DNA of 63,442 nucleotides, filler included, from Saprolegnia diclina VS20 (taxonomy: Eukaryota): NCBI RefSeq assembly GCF_000281045.1. It is 11 parts of 3 records of this genome, joined end to end, with 100 filler letters (N's around TTAATTAATTAA, not from the genome) between each part and the next. Parts side by side here need not be neighbours in the genome. Positions count along the whole stretch, not along the records: positions 23,952 to 37,244 come from NW_008246126.1; positions 37,345 to 40,837 come from NW_008246126.1; positions 40,938 to 42,539 come from NW_008246126.1; positions 42,640 to 52,339 come from NW_008246126.1; 7 more parts are not named here. One strand, 5' to 3'. The position numbers were made by a program, and so were the translations under genes. Positions within the stretch are counted from its first letter, which is position 1. Every line of letters begins with the position of its first letter. Below are positions 34,922 to 47,067 of this stretch, piece after piece. Under the pieces are notes generated by a model. It was given only the letters and a program-made list of their open reading frames with translations, was not told the DNA's origin and ran no database searches.

Positions 34922-36634
34922 ATGCTGCCATCGACACCTGCCATTGTCTCGACGCCAACCAACGACCCGACGGTCGCCTTTGCCTCGATCAAAGACGTCG
35001 ACAACAACAACCAAGTGCCCCGCAAGTCGTCGCGCCTCCGCCTCATCATCGGCGCCATCGTCTTTTGCGGCGTCGTCTGCGCGTCCGTCGGCGCCTACTA
35101 CATCTACGACACCAAGGTCCGCGCGCCGTCGTCGTCCATCGTGAGCTTGATCCAGTCGACGCCCGGTCTGCGCCTCACCCTCCACGCCAAGCGCAGCAGC
35201 ATGGCCATCAACGGCCAGACCACGCTCCAAGTGTACGTCGTGCCGCGGTCGTCGGCGTCGGCGTCCGGGTCGCTCCAGTTTGACGCGCTCTTGTCGACGA
35301 CGGGCGACGAGGTCACCGACACGTACATGCTGCTCAACCAGCGCGCGTACCACCGCGTGTCCAAGAACGACCTGCAAGTGTCGGCGTCGTGTCTGGACCA
35401 GTCGCGGGTGCCGCCTGTCGAGCTCATGCAGTCGAGTCTCGAGAGCGCTACGATCGTCGACAGCGTCAACGGCTCGACGGCCACCAACTGCACGGACGGC
35501 AAGCTCTTGCACTTGACGTTTGCCGGCGAAGACTTTGCGTTCTGCAGCTCGCCGACGCACCAGCTCACGCGCGCGACGGGGACGGACCTCGACATGGACA
35601 TTGAGTACTTGAGCGACGCGTCGCAGTTGCCGAGCTTTGACGTGCCGGTGGTCGATGGCGCCGCGCTGGACTGTCCGGTGCTGGTGCCGTCGGTGGCCGC
35701 GGCGTCGGGTCAGACGTTGTTGCAGACATCGACGTCGATCTGGAAGGCGGCGACGGGTGCTCCTCGCATCCTCGGTCTCGGGTCGTCGTCGTGCGGGTGC
35801 TCGCTCGAGAAGATGAAGCCGTGTCTGTTTGTGCACGGTGTCGGTCATTTGTTCTCGGCTCCCATGACAAATACTTACTTGTTTGATTGGGGCCTCATTC
35901 ACAAGCACGCGCCGTGCTGCTCGTCGACCAAGTTTGTGCACTTTGAAATGTGGCAACGCGGCTGGGACAACGACGACATCCAAAACGAATTTTGCGACGC
36001 TGCACTCAGCGTGAGCAAGTCGACGACGAAGACCATCGAAGACCTTATCCTCGTCACGTACTCGATGGGCAACCTCATCACGGGCAGCGCCGTCGCCAAG
36101 GGCAAGTGCAACCTCTCCAACAAGGTCACGTGGGTGTCGATCGCGGGTCCGATGCAAGGCAGCTTGTCGGGCAACCTCCTTGAGCAAAAATGTCAACAAG
36201 GTGGCGGGAACCTCCCGCTCAAGGGTCTTTTGGAAATCACGACGCTCTGCCCGATCACGGACGCCTTTCTCAAGCTCAAGCACGAGACGACCGTGTCGCC
36301 GGCGATCAAGGCCAACTTCCTTGCTGCACAGGCGGTTCGAAAGCAATACGCCACGGTGCTCATGTGTGGCAGCGATTCGTTTGGTCTCTCGACGATCTTT
36401 GGCCCCGTGATGAAGCTCGTGAGTGCGCTGACGAAGCACGGCGATATGAACGACGGCGTGGTGGCGTTCGAGAGCTGCCGTGTCGGGTTCGAAGCGAGCT
36501 CGTTCTCAAACAACTATGCCGACGGCGGCAACTACCTCGCGAGTGTCAACCATTTCGACAACTCGTTCCGCAACGGCGACGGCTGGTGGGGTGCCGACCG
36601 CAAGCCGCAAAAGTGGTTTGAATGTGTCTTGTAA
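34922..36634 (+). CDS. Membrane-anchored alpha/beta-hydrolase (lipase-like) family, copy A, complete and intronless
   Basis: N-terminal TM (LIIGAIVFCGVVCASVGAYYI), Cys-containing middle domain, KPCLFVHG, elbow TYSMG, NDGVV, NHFD, end GDGWWGADRKPQKWFECVL. Confidence 0.8.
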   Translation: MLPSTPAIVSTPTNDPTVAFASIKDVDNNNQVPRKSSRLRLIIGAIVFCGVVCASVGAYYIYDTKVRAPSSSIVSLIQSTPGLRLTLHAKRSSMAINGQTTLQVYVVPRSSASASGSLQFDALLSTTGDEVTDTYMLLNQRAYHRVSKNDLQVSASCLDQSRVPPVELMQSSLESATIVDSVNGSTATNCTDGKLLHLTFAGEDFAFCSSPTHQLTRATGTDLDMDIEYLSDASQLPSFDVPVVDGAALDCPVLVPSVAAASGQTLLQTSTSIWKAATGAPRILGLGSSSCGCSLEKMKPCLFVHGVGHLFSAPMTNTYLFDWGLIHKHAPCCSSTKFVHFEMWQRGWDNDDIQNEFCDAALSVSKSTTKTIEDLILVTYSMGNLITGSAVAKGKCNLSNKVTWVSIAGPMQGSLSGNLLEQKCQQGGGNLPLKGLLEITTLCPITDAFLKLKHETTVSPAIKANFLAAQAVRKQYATVLMCGSDSFGLSTIFGPVMKLVSALTKHGDMNDGVVAFESCRVGFEASSFSNNYADGGNYLASVNHFDNSFRNGDGWWGADRKPQKWFECVL

Positions 36635-37344
36635 ATACCGTTGCCATCATAAACGATTGCATTTTATGAATACCCGAGCTTTCAGTCTTTACACGGTGGT
36701 ACAATGTGGAACGGTTTCGTCTTTCTGTCTTTTCCGTCCTCATCATCATTGCAAGTCGATGGGCTCATGCATTGGTTTGTCGGTCGCTGATTGGCTTGTT
36801 GAATGGATCGCTTCGTTTCCACTAACTTTATACCGCTGCTCGTTAAGGTAAATGTCACAAGGTGGAGGGCCTTTTACAATTCACGCACCGGTCCTAGCAA
36901 CTTTATGTGGATAGTTTCTGGCTCCCGAGTCGAACCGACATTACATTACGTGGTCGTAGCCCCCACCTCGTCGGGTCGATCGCGTTTCATATACTTCAAA
37001 GTCTCTCACTGGGACTTCCTTACGTTTGAAATGATAATGTGTATATTTGAACGTGTTTCGCGTTATCTTCATTACAAAGACCTCGCATACGTAGAGACTA
37101 GCAATCTCCTTCTACTCTATTCGTTCGCCGGGCCGTGGCTGCGCAGGCGGCAGCGCGGGGGCATATCTTGCTCTTCTGTAGTCGCCCGGGGGCTTGCGGC
37201 CGCAGGTGAGGCCCTTGACGACAACACCAACGACTAATGCAATGNNNNNNNNNNNNNNNNNNNNNNNNNNNNNNNNNNNNNNNNNNNNTTAATTAATTAA
37301 NNNNNNNNNNNNNNNNNNNNNNNNNNNNNNNNNNNNNNNNNNNN

Positions 37345-37528
37345 AGATGTAGTAGGCGCCGACGGACGCGCAGACGACGCCGCAAAAGACGATGGCGCCG
37401 ATGATGAGGCGGAGGCGCGACGACTTGCGGGGCACTTGGCTATCGTCGTCGACGTCGTTGATCGAGGCAAAGGCGACCGTCGGGTCGTTGGTTGGCGTCG
37501 AGACAACGGCAGGTGTCGATGGCAGCAT
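37345..37528 (-). CDS. Same family, copy B, 5' end only (cut by gap), inverted
   Basis: MLPSTPAVVSTPTNDPTVAFASI..RLIIGAIVFCGVVCASVGAYYI, near-identical to copy A; upstream DNA also homologous. Confidence 0.75.
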
Positions 37529-40500
37529 TGTTGGCGTTGGGCTTGTGGGTGACGCAGACAATCGAATGATGAGACTTGGTCGCAGCCGAGCGTTTGGTCT
37601 CGGGACTTTGAAGCTCAGAGAAACAGATGGTGGGACGGGCTGAAAGGATACTTGCAGTCGCGCCATATGCTGAAACCGTTGCCGAGGGTATCGTTCAACC
37701 CAGGTCTTTGACGCTACGAAGGGTTGAAGCGGGCATGGGCGATTTGGAAGGGTATTGGGAAAGACGCTACCGCAGCTGTTGATGCAACATCGTGGTCGTT
37801 GCTATCGTTCGGTTCGACGCCTGTCGGAGGCGCTATCTTTCGGATATAGACGTACGGTACGGTAGCTAGCCATGGCCGTCGTGCTACAGGCACTCCTCGC
37901 ACTGCTCTCGTTTGCGGTCAGCGAGAGATAGCCGTACTGACTACGTCGACCACGTCCAGGGTCGAGTTTGGTATCCGATCATGCAATGTGGACGACACTG
38001 CTCGTGACGCCCCGCGATCTGCACAAACAATGGCGTCATCCACAGGTGGGCAAACTCAGAAACAAGACGAGCTCGAAATTATCAATCTGTACGGTAGTCG
38101 CCGAGAGAGAGGAACTTAGGAGCATAGCTGATGCACGTCATGTTTATGGAGGTCGTCTCTGACTCAAGGACCGGTCACGACAGACCTGCTTTACGTCTTG
38201 AGACTACACCGCTGCCATTTTACCACTTTGATAACGCGCCATTAGTGCGGTACGAAGTAGAGGCGGACTCGCGACAGGTACATACCGAGTGGTTGAACGG
38301 CGAGCCAGCCCAGCAGCTCCATCCACCACGTCTTGTCTGGCATGACCGCGGGCGTGGGTGCGTGTCTTTCTGGCAAATGCAAACGCACCCAAATTCAGCA
38401 TCGGCTTTATGAGCGTTACCACGATTGTTGAAGGGCCTAACATACGAGCTGCACGTAGCCAACTTTTTAATCATGGTAGCTAATGCTTGCCATGCAATGC
38501 GTTCTACGGTTTGACAGCGCAGGCCGACATCACTTCGCGTCAGTAGTGCATCTCCGACAGCAAAATACATGCCCAATGACGTCGTTCCGGGATGTCGCGC
38601 TAATGGATGCAATGCCTAGATATAGTTAATCATTGATTCGCGGAAATAATGAGCAACGACAGTACCAACCCGCGACAGATACGGTATGCATACAGTGTAC
38701 AACATCGTGCGCCGCCTTAAAACAGATGTTTGCAACGGCGTACAACCGCACGAACCGGCCCTTTAAAAATAGGGATACTTTGGCGTGTCATCCAACTGCT
38801 CTGACGCGACGCAACGCGTGAATCGTTCCATGACAACAATTCGATAAAAACACAGTCGACGTCTTGTTGTCGCACGCTATCCTGCTATTCAGCGCGCGTG
38901 TCCTGCACAGATCTCAGTGCCAAGATAGACGTCCGCGACAGACGTAACGCAAGTCCACCGTGAGTTGTCGTTGCAAAAGTCGGCACCGAACCCTTGATGT
39001 GACGATGATCCGATGGGAACCCGAGCACGTCGCTACTTGGTGCAAGCAGCACAGTACCCATGAATCAATCCTGAGCCCCGACCAAGCCCCTCAGCTTGCC
39101 GTACCAAACCTCACGAGCGCATTAGGAAGTCCACCATCTTCATTTTATCAAATTCAAAAATATAATTGCATGTTAGTAACTCATTTCAAAAGTACCCATC
39201 GAAAAACTCAACCCGCGGCACTCTTTGAGTGCATCGTTGCAGATTCCAGGCCACGAGTCATGCATGGATGACAATGTACCTGGTCTCAGGAGGTTAGTCA
39301 GCTCGGTTAGTTTTTCAACCACAACGGACGGTGATGCCAGTGCGTCGATAGTTACTTTCGTCAAAGCAAGTGAGCTGAAGAGCACATTTGGCCTGTGCTG
39401 ACGCTCGCATCCAATTCATCCATCGGCATTTTATTTCCCATACAATATACACCGAAGAATACCACAATAAATGTACACCGAACGTTACCATAATATTGGC
39501 ACTTGTGCAGGACGATCGAGTGCCTCTGCACACAGCGTCGTCACTGGCAATCACAGAGTATCCATGTGCAGTTGTGGACGCGCCTCGGACTGCAACGAGA
39601 GTGGTACGCATTTCGTGCCTTGTGCCACTCGCTGCCGGTTGCCTCTCGTTGCCACAAATTTTGTTGCCACGGTGGTAGATGTTGGAGGCGCCGACAGGCG
39701 TGGGTGTTGGATGCGTCATCGACACGTCGGTATCAGTGACGACAGTGGGTCAAGAGCAAGCGTTCATCAGGCATGGGTGTCTCGAGCCGAGAACCTGCGT
39801 CGCCGTATGTCCATGTCTACCAACTGTGAAAAGGGAAAGAGCGTGAGGGCTGAACTATGCTACAAGTAGCTATCTGCGACCAGGTCGTTGTTGACTAGTA
39901 TGCTAAGTGGAGCATCTTGCGAGCGCGAGATGACACGCAATGCTAGCGCGGTGGCGCAGTGGTGGGACATGATTCAGGACTCAGTAAGATGCTCTTTTAA
40001 TTGGCTAAAAATAATTCATGACGGGATTTTCATTGGCCAGATAAATGCTTGAAGTTCCACTCTGTGCAAACACAGTGCACACATCGATGGCGCTTGCGTG
40101 GCCTTGGCCCAATTTGCCTCCTCGCCTGCGCTTGCAAGCCATGCAAAGAACAATAGATAATAGCGCTCGCTCTCTCGAAGCGTAATCGGCACATCTAGTG
40201 CAGCCGCATGCGTCCAACACTGCCCCAACGAGACATCTATGAATAAATGGAGCAAAATTCAGACGCTCGCTTGCACCGCTATCGTCTTTGCTGGAGTCCG
40301 GGGTACAAATTATATACTGTTCATCCCTGGCCGGAGTCGAACGTGCAAGTCTATGCTGTTGATGGTACTTGCGCTGCCCGCGCGTGGCGTTCTTTATCAG
40401 GTACAAACCGGTTATCAGTGATCGACGGCGACGGCATTGTGATCAAAATGCTGTCGCGTCAACCGGACGCGCTTGAAGTTCCGTACCATAGGGCAGCACC

Positions 40501-40937
40501 GAGTTCGGCGGACCTCACTGACTGCCGGATTTCCAGTTCGCAGTCAGCTGGGTCGCAGTCGTTTGGCCAAACGTAGCTGATGCTGCTCGTTTGTCCCGAG
40601 CCAACGTTAAATAATGGTGGCGGCGATTCACGTTGATTTGAGGCTTGTTCGAAACAAATATGCCCTTTTACTCCTACCGCTATGCAGACCGCTAGGGGTA
40701 TTTAGTACATGTCATTCTCGACTTTCGAATCATTCACTCGGCGCCCCCAATTTGCTGCCAGCTTCACTGTACCACGGTTTCGTCAACAGAAACGTCCCCC
40801 AGTACGCGCTTGGTCTCGCAGACTCCAAGACTAATCGNNNNNNNNNNNNNNNNNNNNNNNNNNNNNNNNNNNNNNNNNNNNTTAATTAATTAANNNNNNN
40901 NNNNNNNNNNNNNNNNNNNNNNNNNNNNNNNNNNNNN

Positions 40938-41009
40938 TCGTTCCGCAACGGCGATGGCTGGTGGGGCGCGGACCGCAAGCCGCAAAAGTGGTTCGAGTGT
41001 GCGTTGTAA
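40938..41009 (+). CDS. Same family, copy C, 3' end only
   Basis: SFRNGDGWWGADRKPQKWFECAL* immediately after a gap. Confidence 0.75.
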   Translation, partial: SFRNGDGWWGADRKPQKWFECAL

Positions 41010-42639
41010 ATCTGACGTGGCAGCGTTGTAATAGTTTGATATATGTTTGTGGTTTTTCATTTCGGGTATTTTGTTTGGGCATGAAGGCTATTGGCCGCTC
41101 AGTGGTAATTTTGCGTGTTTGACCGTATTGGTAGCTACCTGCGTACCCACGCTGGGATGTCTGACTGCAACATTCGGTGTGTTGAACTTGGCAGTTTTGC
41201 TCGACTAGTGCGCAACACGACTGCATATATGTACCACTTTGAGCGAGCGATCGTCGTTGCAGAATTCAACGTCGACGTCAGGGTTAATCAGATGCTGCGT
41301 CAAAGCTTGGTGTCGTCGCTAGCGTCGACAGACTAGGAATGTTTCGGTGCTCTCACTCGTAGAAGGTTGGTATGCGGGTGGGTTTGATATGCACCACGAG
41401 TTGTTTGCTACGAAGCGCATGGTTGTCCCAGTCTTTTTAAGGGCAGTGGGTCGCGCCACCTAGTCGCTTTTGCTGGCCACGATAGTACGAGGTTTCGAAT
41501 TTCAATCGAATGGAAATGGTGGATCAGCGGCTCCCGTCTGTGAGGTCCAAAACAAGCGCCAATGACGCACCCCAGCGAGAGCTCATATCTTTGTTAGAGT
41601 TGGATCATCAATCCCCTCTCGTGGCCACGTCGCACCACGTAGTTAGCTACTTGTAGCATCGTTCAGCTTTGCAAGGCCTTCCACGAGAGCAGCTGGTACT
41701 GCCGCTGCGGCAGTCACCTCGCAGTCAGCGACGACCAACATGGAGCTCGCTCGCGCCTTGCTCCTTGTGAGCAGGACACGCCAAAGGATGCCGGCACCAG
41801 CTCTGCGGTACACTACAGTAGTGTTTCAACACATGCTACGAGTGACGGCAATACCACTGTAGTGGCAACGGATGGATTTGCGTTTGTACGGCCTTCATGC
41901 AACGCCCAACGCTGCGACGTGGGGGCGTGAGGCACTGTTTCTACTCGTAGCCCAAAGACCACGCTCGGTCGCCCATGGCGTGAATAGAGTCTACGTTGGA
42001 GCAGGAAGCGTCAGCTGCGAACGCGGGGTGATGCGTTCCCCGAGCACGCGAACGTTCTTCTCCGAAGGTTCCGAGTCCACCTACATGCATTGTGTCCATG
42101 ACGCGTTGCACCGTGATGAGGTTTGTTGACGCGTCTTCGTGTCCGCCCACACTTGGCAATGTGCGGAGCAAGCAAAAGCTACTGCCGGAGCTCCTTCCAA
42201 ATCTGGTTTCCTGGTTTCGTAGCCGTGATGGATTAGCTTAGCAGGGCGAAAAGGTCCATGTATACTCTGCGTGTATTCCCAGTAATCTGCCTCATACTGC
42301 ATTCGCTGCGACTTCGACGTTCGCCCAAACTGATTGCATCGGTTTCGTCAACGGTTCCATAGTAAAACTTCACCAATCACAGCGTGGGTCCTCTAAGCTT
42401 ATGATGTTCTTGGGAAGTCTCCAAGACTAATCGGTGTTGATGCGACAGCCTGGTCGGCCGCCGCAGGCGACGTTTGAAGCCCACCGGTGTCCGCTTCAAT
42501 CCCAACGCGACCACCGCGTGGCCTTGTGCAACGACGCACNNNNNNNNNNNNNNNNNNNNNNNNNNNNNNNNNNNNNNNNNNNNTTAATTAATTAANNNNN
42601 NNNNNNNNNNNNNNNNNNNNNNNNNNNNNNNNNNNNNNN

Positions 42640-43362
42640 CCGTGCTGCTCGTCGACCAAGTTTGTGCATCTGCAGACGTGGACGCGTGGCTGGGACAACG
42701 ACGACATCCAGAACGAGTTTTGCGACGCTGCGCTCAGCGTGAGCAAGTCCAACACAAAGACCATTGGCGATCTCATCCTCGTGACGCATTCGATGGCCAA
42801 CCTCATCACGGGCAGCGCCGTCGCCAAGGGCAAGTGCAACCTCTCCAACAAGGTCACGTGGGTGTCGATCGCGGGTCCAATGCAAGGCAGCTTGTCGGGC
42901 AACCTACTCGAGCAAAAGTGCAAGCAGGGTGGCTGGAACCTTCCGCTCAAGGGTCTCTTGGAGATCGCGACGCTCTGCCCGATCACGGACGCCTTCCTCA
43001 AGCTCAAGCACGAGACGACCGTGTCACCGGCGATCAAGGCCGAGTTTCTCGCGGCGCAAGCCGTTCGCAAGCAGTACGCGTCGGTGCTCATGTGTGGCAG
43101 CGACTCATTTGGTCTGTCGACGGTGTACGGTCCAGTTTTGGAGCTTGTGGGCACGCTGACAAAGCATGGCGACACGAACGACGGCGTGGTGGCGTTCGAG
43201 AGCTGCCGTGTCGGGTTCGAAGCGAGCTCGTTCTCGACCAACTACGCCGACGGCGGCAACTACCTCGCGAGTGTCAACCATTTCGACAACTCGTTCCGCA
43301 ACGGCGACGGCTGGTGGGGCGCCGACCGCAAACCGCAAAAATGGTTTGAGTGCGCGTTGTAA
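42640..43362 (+). CDS. Same family, copy D, catalytic half (5' part in gap)
   Basis: PCCSSTKFVH, elbow THSMA, NDGVV, NHFD, KWFECAL*. Confidence 0.8.
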   Translation, partial: PCCSSTKFVHLQTWTRGWDNDDIQNEFCDAALSVSKSNTKTIGDLILVTHSMANLITGSAVAKGKCNLSNKVTWVSIAGPMQGSLSGNLLEQKCKQGGWNLPLKGLLEIATLCPITDAFLKLKHETTVSPAIKAEFLAAQAVRKQYASVLMCGSDSFGLSTVYGPVLELVGTLTKHGDTNDGVVAFESCRVGFEASSFSTNYADGGNYLASVNHFDNSFRNGDGWWGADRKPQKWFECAL

Positions 43363-44286
43363 GCTTTTTGCCCGAATGTTGATATCTTTGTGTAAGCGTA
43401 ATGACTTTGCACTATTGCTTTGTTTTAACCCTCGAACGCCCACACTTTCAAAAACGGCGGATCAAGTATCAAACAATAGTATGTTGTGAATTTCTGAAAG
43501 GTCCAAATTGGTTGACCGCTCGGCGTAGTTGGTGCAAGGATGGCATGGTCGTACATAGTGTAGTTTAGGGTGCTGCTGTTTTGGTCTTGAATGACCGTGC
43601 AGTGACCATGTTGCTGCAGCAAGGTTACATTAGTCTGGTCGTTCTACCTATTGAAGGCGACAGGGAACAAAGAAGTGAAATATGAGATTCATGATTGTTC
43701 GCACGCACTTCCTCGCATCAAATTCGACAGACCAGAGCTTGCGAGCTACACAACCGCTCATACTCGTTGGAGACATCCACCGTGTGTCGGCCGTTTCTGT
43801 CAAAGTGGACATGGCTTGAGAATGTTTGTGTCTGCCTGCGTCACCATCTGATCGGCCTAGAAAAAAGAACATCCTTTTGCGATACTAAGGCTTCGCGAGT
43901 AGCCGTCGCGCGCCTGTCTGGGTACGCCAACCGAAGCGATCACACCGCGCCGTCACGCACACGACTCGACGTAGACCTTGAAGATGCCTTTGGCTGCCCC
44001 TGAACGACCTATGCACACCTAGGTCAATGGTTACTCTTCCTTGAACGTCGTTCGTGGCTACTGTACATGCAATCAAAGACGCAAGCATCGCGACAGGCGC
44101 CAACCCACGACGTTCATTGTCGTCCTGATTCGGCCACGAATTTAAATGGACTTGGTTTCGTCATTGATTCTGCTCAACACGACGCAGTCTGATCCGATCA
44201 TAGTATGGTTCCGTACCGCGCATCCGTGTGAGGTCTCGACCCAGTTTTTTCATTTTTCAATTTGCCTAGCCTTGCATTGTGCTTGC

Positions 44287-45975
44287 ATGGGTCTCACAAG
44301 CTCGCCGATTTTGTCGCCGGTGGACGCTGCCTTCACGGATACGACAGCTCCGCGCCGCCGATCAACTCCGTGGCGCTTGCTCGTCGTTGCCGTTGCCGTT
44401 GCCGTTGTCGGCGCCATTTGCATCACGGTGGCCGCAATTTCCGTGCACACAACCAAGGTGGCCAACCACGCGCTTGACATTGTGACGCAGATCCAGCAAA
44501 GCCCTGGCCTCCGTGTGACGGTGACAGCCAAGCGCCCAAGCATGGCCTTTCACGGGCACTTGAGCGCCGACATCTACATCGTGCCGCACACTCGCCGTGC
44601 GACGTCGGCACTGAGCTTTGATGCCGTCATGAGCCTTTCGGGCGCCGAAACGACAGAAACATACCTTCTTTTGGACAACCGTGCGTACACGTCGTCCGTC
44701 GCGGCCAACGGCACGCTGCTTTCGTCGGCGTGCGTGACGTCCGGGCTTCCCCCAGTGCAGCTCTTGCAGTCGAGCCTCGCCGACGCGACGCGCCTAGACG
44801 CGGTCGTCGGCACCGACACGACATGCGACGGCGACTGGTTGCAGCTGGCCTTTGCGGGCGAGTCGTTTGTTTTTTGCAACGGTGCCAACCACCGCGTGTC
44901 GCACGCGTCCGGTGTCGACATTGACTTGAGCATCGAGTACCTCGCGGACCCGTCCTTGCTGCCCGAGTTTGCGATCCCGGTCGGTGTCAACTCGACGAGT
45001 GTGCTCGAATGCCCTATTGTCGTGCCGTCCGCGGTAGCACCGGCGGCCAGCGCAGGCATGCTCTCGACGGCGTCGGAGGTGTGGATCGCCGCGACGGGGG
45101 CACCCCGAGTGGCGATGATCGAGAGTGCGTCGTGCGGCTGCAAGATGGCCAAGAAGCCGTGCCTTTTCGTCCACGGTGCCGGCAACTACTTTAACGCGTC
45201 GCTCTCGGACATCTTTCTCTTCGAGTGGGGGCTCGCCCACCTCCACGCACCGTGCTGCTCGTCGATCAAGTTTGCGCACTTTGAAACGTGGTTCCGTGGC
45301 TGGGAAGAAGAGTCGATCCACAACCAGTTTTGCGACGCTGCGCTTCAAGTCTCAAACGCAAAGCCCAACTCGACGTCGATCGACAACTTGCTACTCGTGA
45401 CTTTTTCCATGGGCAACCTCGTGGCCTCGGGGGCCGTCGCAAGTGGCAAGTGTTCGTTTGGGCGCGACCTGACGTGGGTCTCGATCGCGGGTCCGATGCA
45501 TGGCAGCAAGACGGCCAACGCCCTCGAGCAAAAGTGCAACGCCAACAATGGCTGGGACGTCCCGATCAAGTGGCTTTTCAGTGCCGTGACGCTGTGCCCG
45601 ATCACCAATACATTCCGGAACCTCCAGTACAAGTCAACGCTGCCACCGGCCTTGCAAGCCAAGTACGACGCGGCCCAAGCCGTCCGCCGTGCGCATGCGA
45701 CCAAGCTCATTTGCGGCACGAACCCCAATGGCCTCACCACTATCTACTCGGGATTTATGCAATGGGCGAGCGACCAGTCCAACCACGGCGACGTAAGTGA
45801 TGGCCTCGTCGCGTTTGAGAGTTGCAGCGATGGCATTGGTGGCTTTAGCACCAACTATGCCGACGACGCCAACTACAAGCCGGCCGTGAACCACCTCGAT
45901 GCAAGCTTCCGCAGCGGCGATGGTTGGTGGGGTGCCGATCGCAAGCCGCAAAAATGGTTCGAGTGCGCCTTGTAG
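44287..45975 (+). CDS. Same family, copy E, complete and intronless
   Basis: TM LLVVAVAVAVVGAICITVAAI, KPCLFVHG, TFSMG, SDGLV, NHLD, KWFECAL*; INR-FPR TCATTTTTCAATTTGC at 44250. Confidence 0.85.
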   Translation: MGLTSSPILSPVDAAFTDTTAPRRRSTPWRLLVVAVAVAVVGAICITVAAISVHTTKVANHALDIVTQIQQSPGLRVTVTAKRPSMAFHGHLSADIYIVPHTRRATSALSFDAVMSLSGAETTETYLLLDNRAYTSSVAANGTLLSSACVTSGLPPVQLLQSSLADATRLDAVVGTDTTCDGDWLQLAFAGESFVFCNGANHRVSHASGVDIDLSIEYLADPSLLPEFAIPVGVNSTSVLECPIVVPSAVAPAASAGMLSTASEVWIAATGAPRVAMIESASCGCKMAKKPCLFVHGAGNYFNASLSDIFLFEWGLAHLHAPCCSSIKFAHFETWFRGWEEESIHNQFCDAALQVSNAKPNSTSIDNLLLVTFSMGNLVASGAVASGKCSFGRDLTWVSIAGPMHGSKTANALEQKCNANNGWDVPIKWLFSAVTLCPITNTFRNLQYKSTLPPALQAKYDAAQAVRRAHATKLICGTNPNGLTTIYSGFMQWASDQSNHGDVSDGLVAFESCSDGIGGFSTNYADDANYKPAVNHLDASFRSGDGWWGADRKPQKWFECAL

Positions 45976-47067
45976 TGGAAACTCGGGTGTCTATCATCCT
46001 GTTTAACCTTGGTGGAAAAGGTGTTTTGTGTTGTCATTCCAGTCTACTTTGGAAATCGCCGTCGCGAAAGAGTCGAATCAAGTCGATGCATTGTTGCTCG
46101 TTGCAATGTTGCGGGTAGGATTGAATCTGAGAGATGATATACAAAAGATGACAGATAGGGATGATTCATGTACAGCTGTACGTATATCGATGGTCTCTGC
46201 CAGATTCCTTGCGCCACCCACGCATGATCCAAAAGCACGATTGCGCTACCGGTACTCAACGCTGCTGGGGCGTAGGAGCGCGATTCGTCAAGACAGTCCA
46301 TTCTCAAGACAGTCTATTCTCATCGATGTTGATACGTGCGTTGGCCGACCGGCTGCATGGTTAGCACTGTCTTTGGCCCGATGCTCCCAGTCCAGTTCAA
46401 AGATACAAACCGCAGCAACTGCTCGTCGCCAGTACAGTAGCCTGAATATCAGATACACGTGCGAACTAGAAACTTGACAATGCCGGTGCGCTTTCGGAGC
46501 TTCAAAGAAGTAATCTAGTCGGGTAGGATTTGTGGCGCAATTTTGTCAACGGCAGTGGTACCATACTGATCTACCGCTGTTTCCCTAAATGGATGCAGCT
46601 ACTTCCTTTCGACACGCAACCTTGGCGGGCAGTCTTGCAGGTCATTCTCCAAGCTGGCGGATTGCTCCGGCATCGCAACCTCAAGCAGATGATCATTACT
46701 CGGTCGCCGATCGTACTCAGCTGCACGATCTCAGCAGCAATACGTGATCCACGCACTTTGAATCATTCCCATCTGATACCGGTGGACACCACACGTTTGC
46801 TCTGATTCTTTCGACTTGGTTCGATTTTTCTAGTCTTACGTGGTTTGTATGCGAGGCCACGTGCGAACTGGGCGTGCATCGAGTAGCTTGGTGCAAAATC
46901 CGAGCACATTCTCGTAACCATGTCGATGCAAACCGTGGTACTCACAGTGGTCCACCCCGTCATCCATGGGTGCCTAGAGCTTCAATGGTCTTTCGAGCGT
47001 CGTCAAGCAGAGTATACTGGCTCGCCCTTGGAGCTCACTTTTCAATTCGTCTCGCCAGCCAAGCGCA

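Noticed and set aside
37700..40800. Transposase or retroelement fragments in array spacers (also 49000-50100, 53500-54580, 59700-60880)
   Set aside because: No RT, integrase or DDE motif, LTR or TIR identifiable by eye; a translated repeat-library search would be needed.
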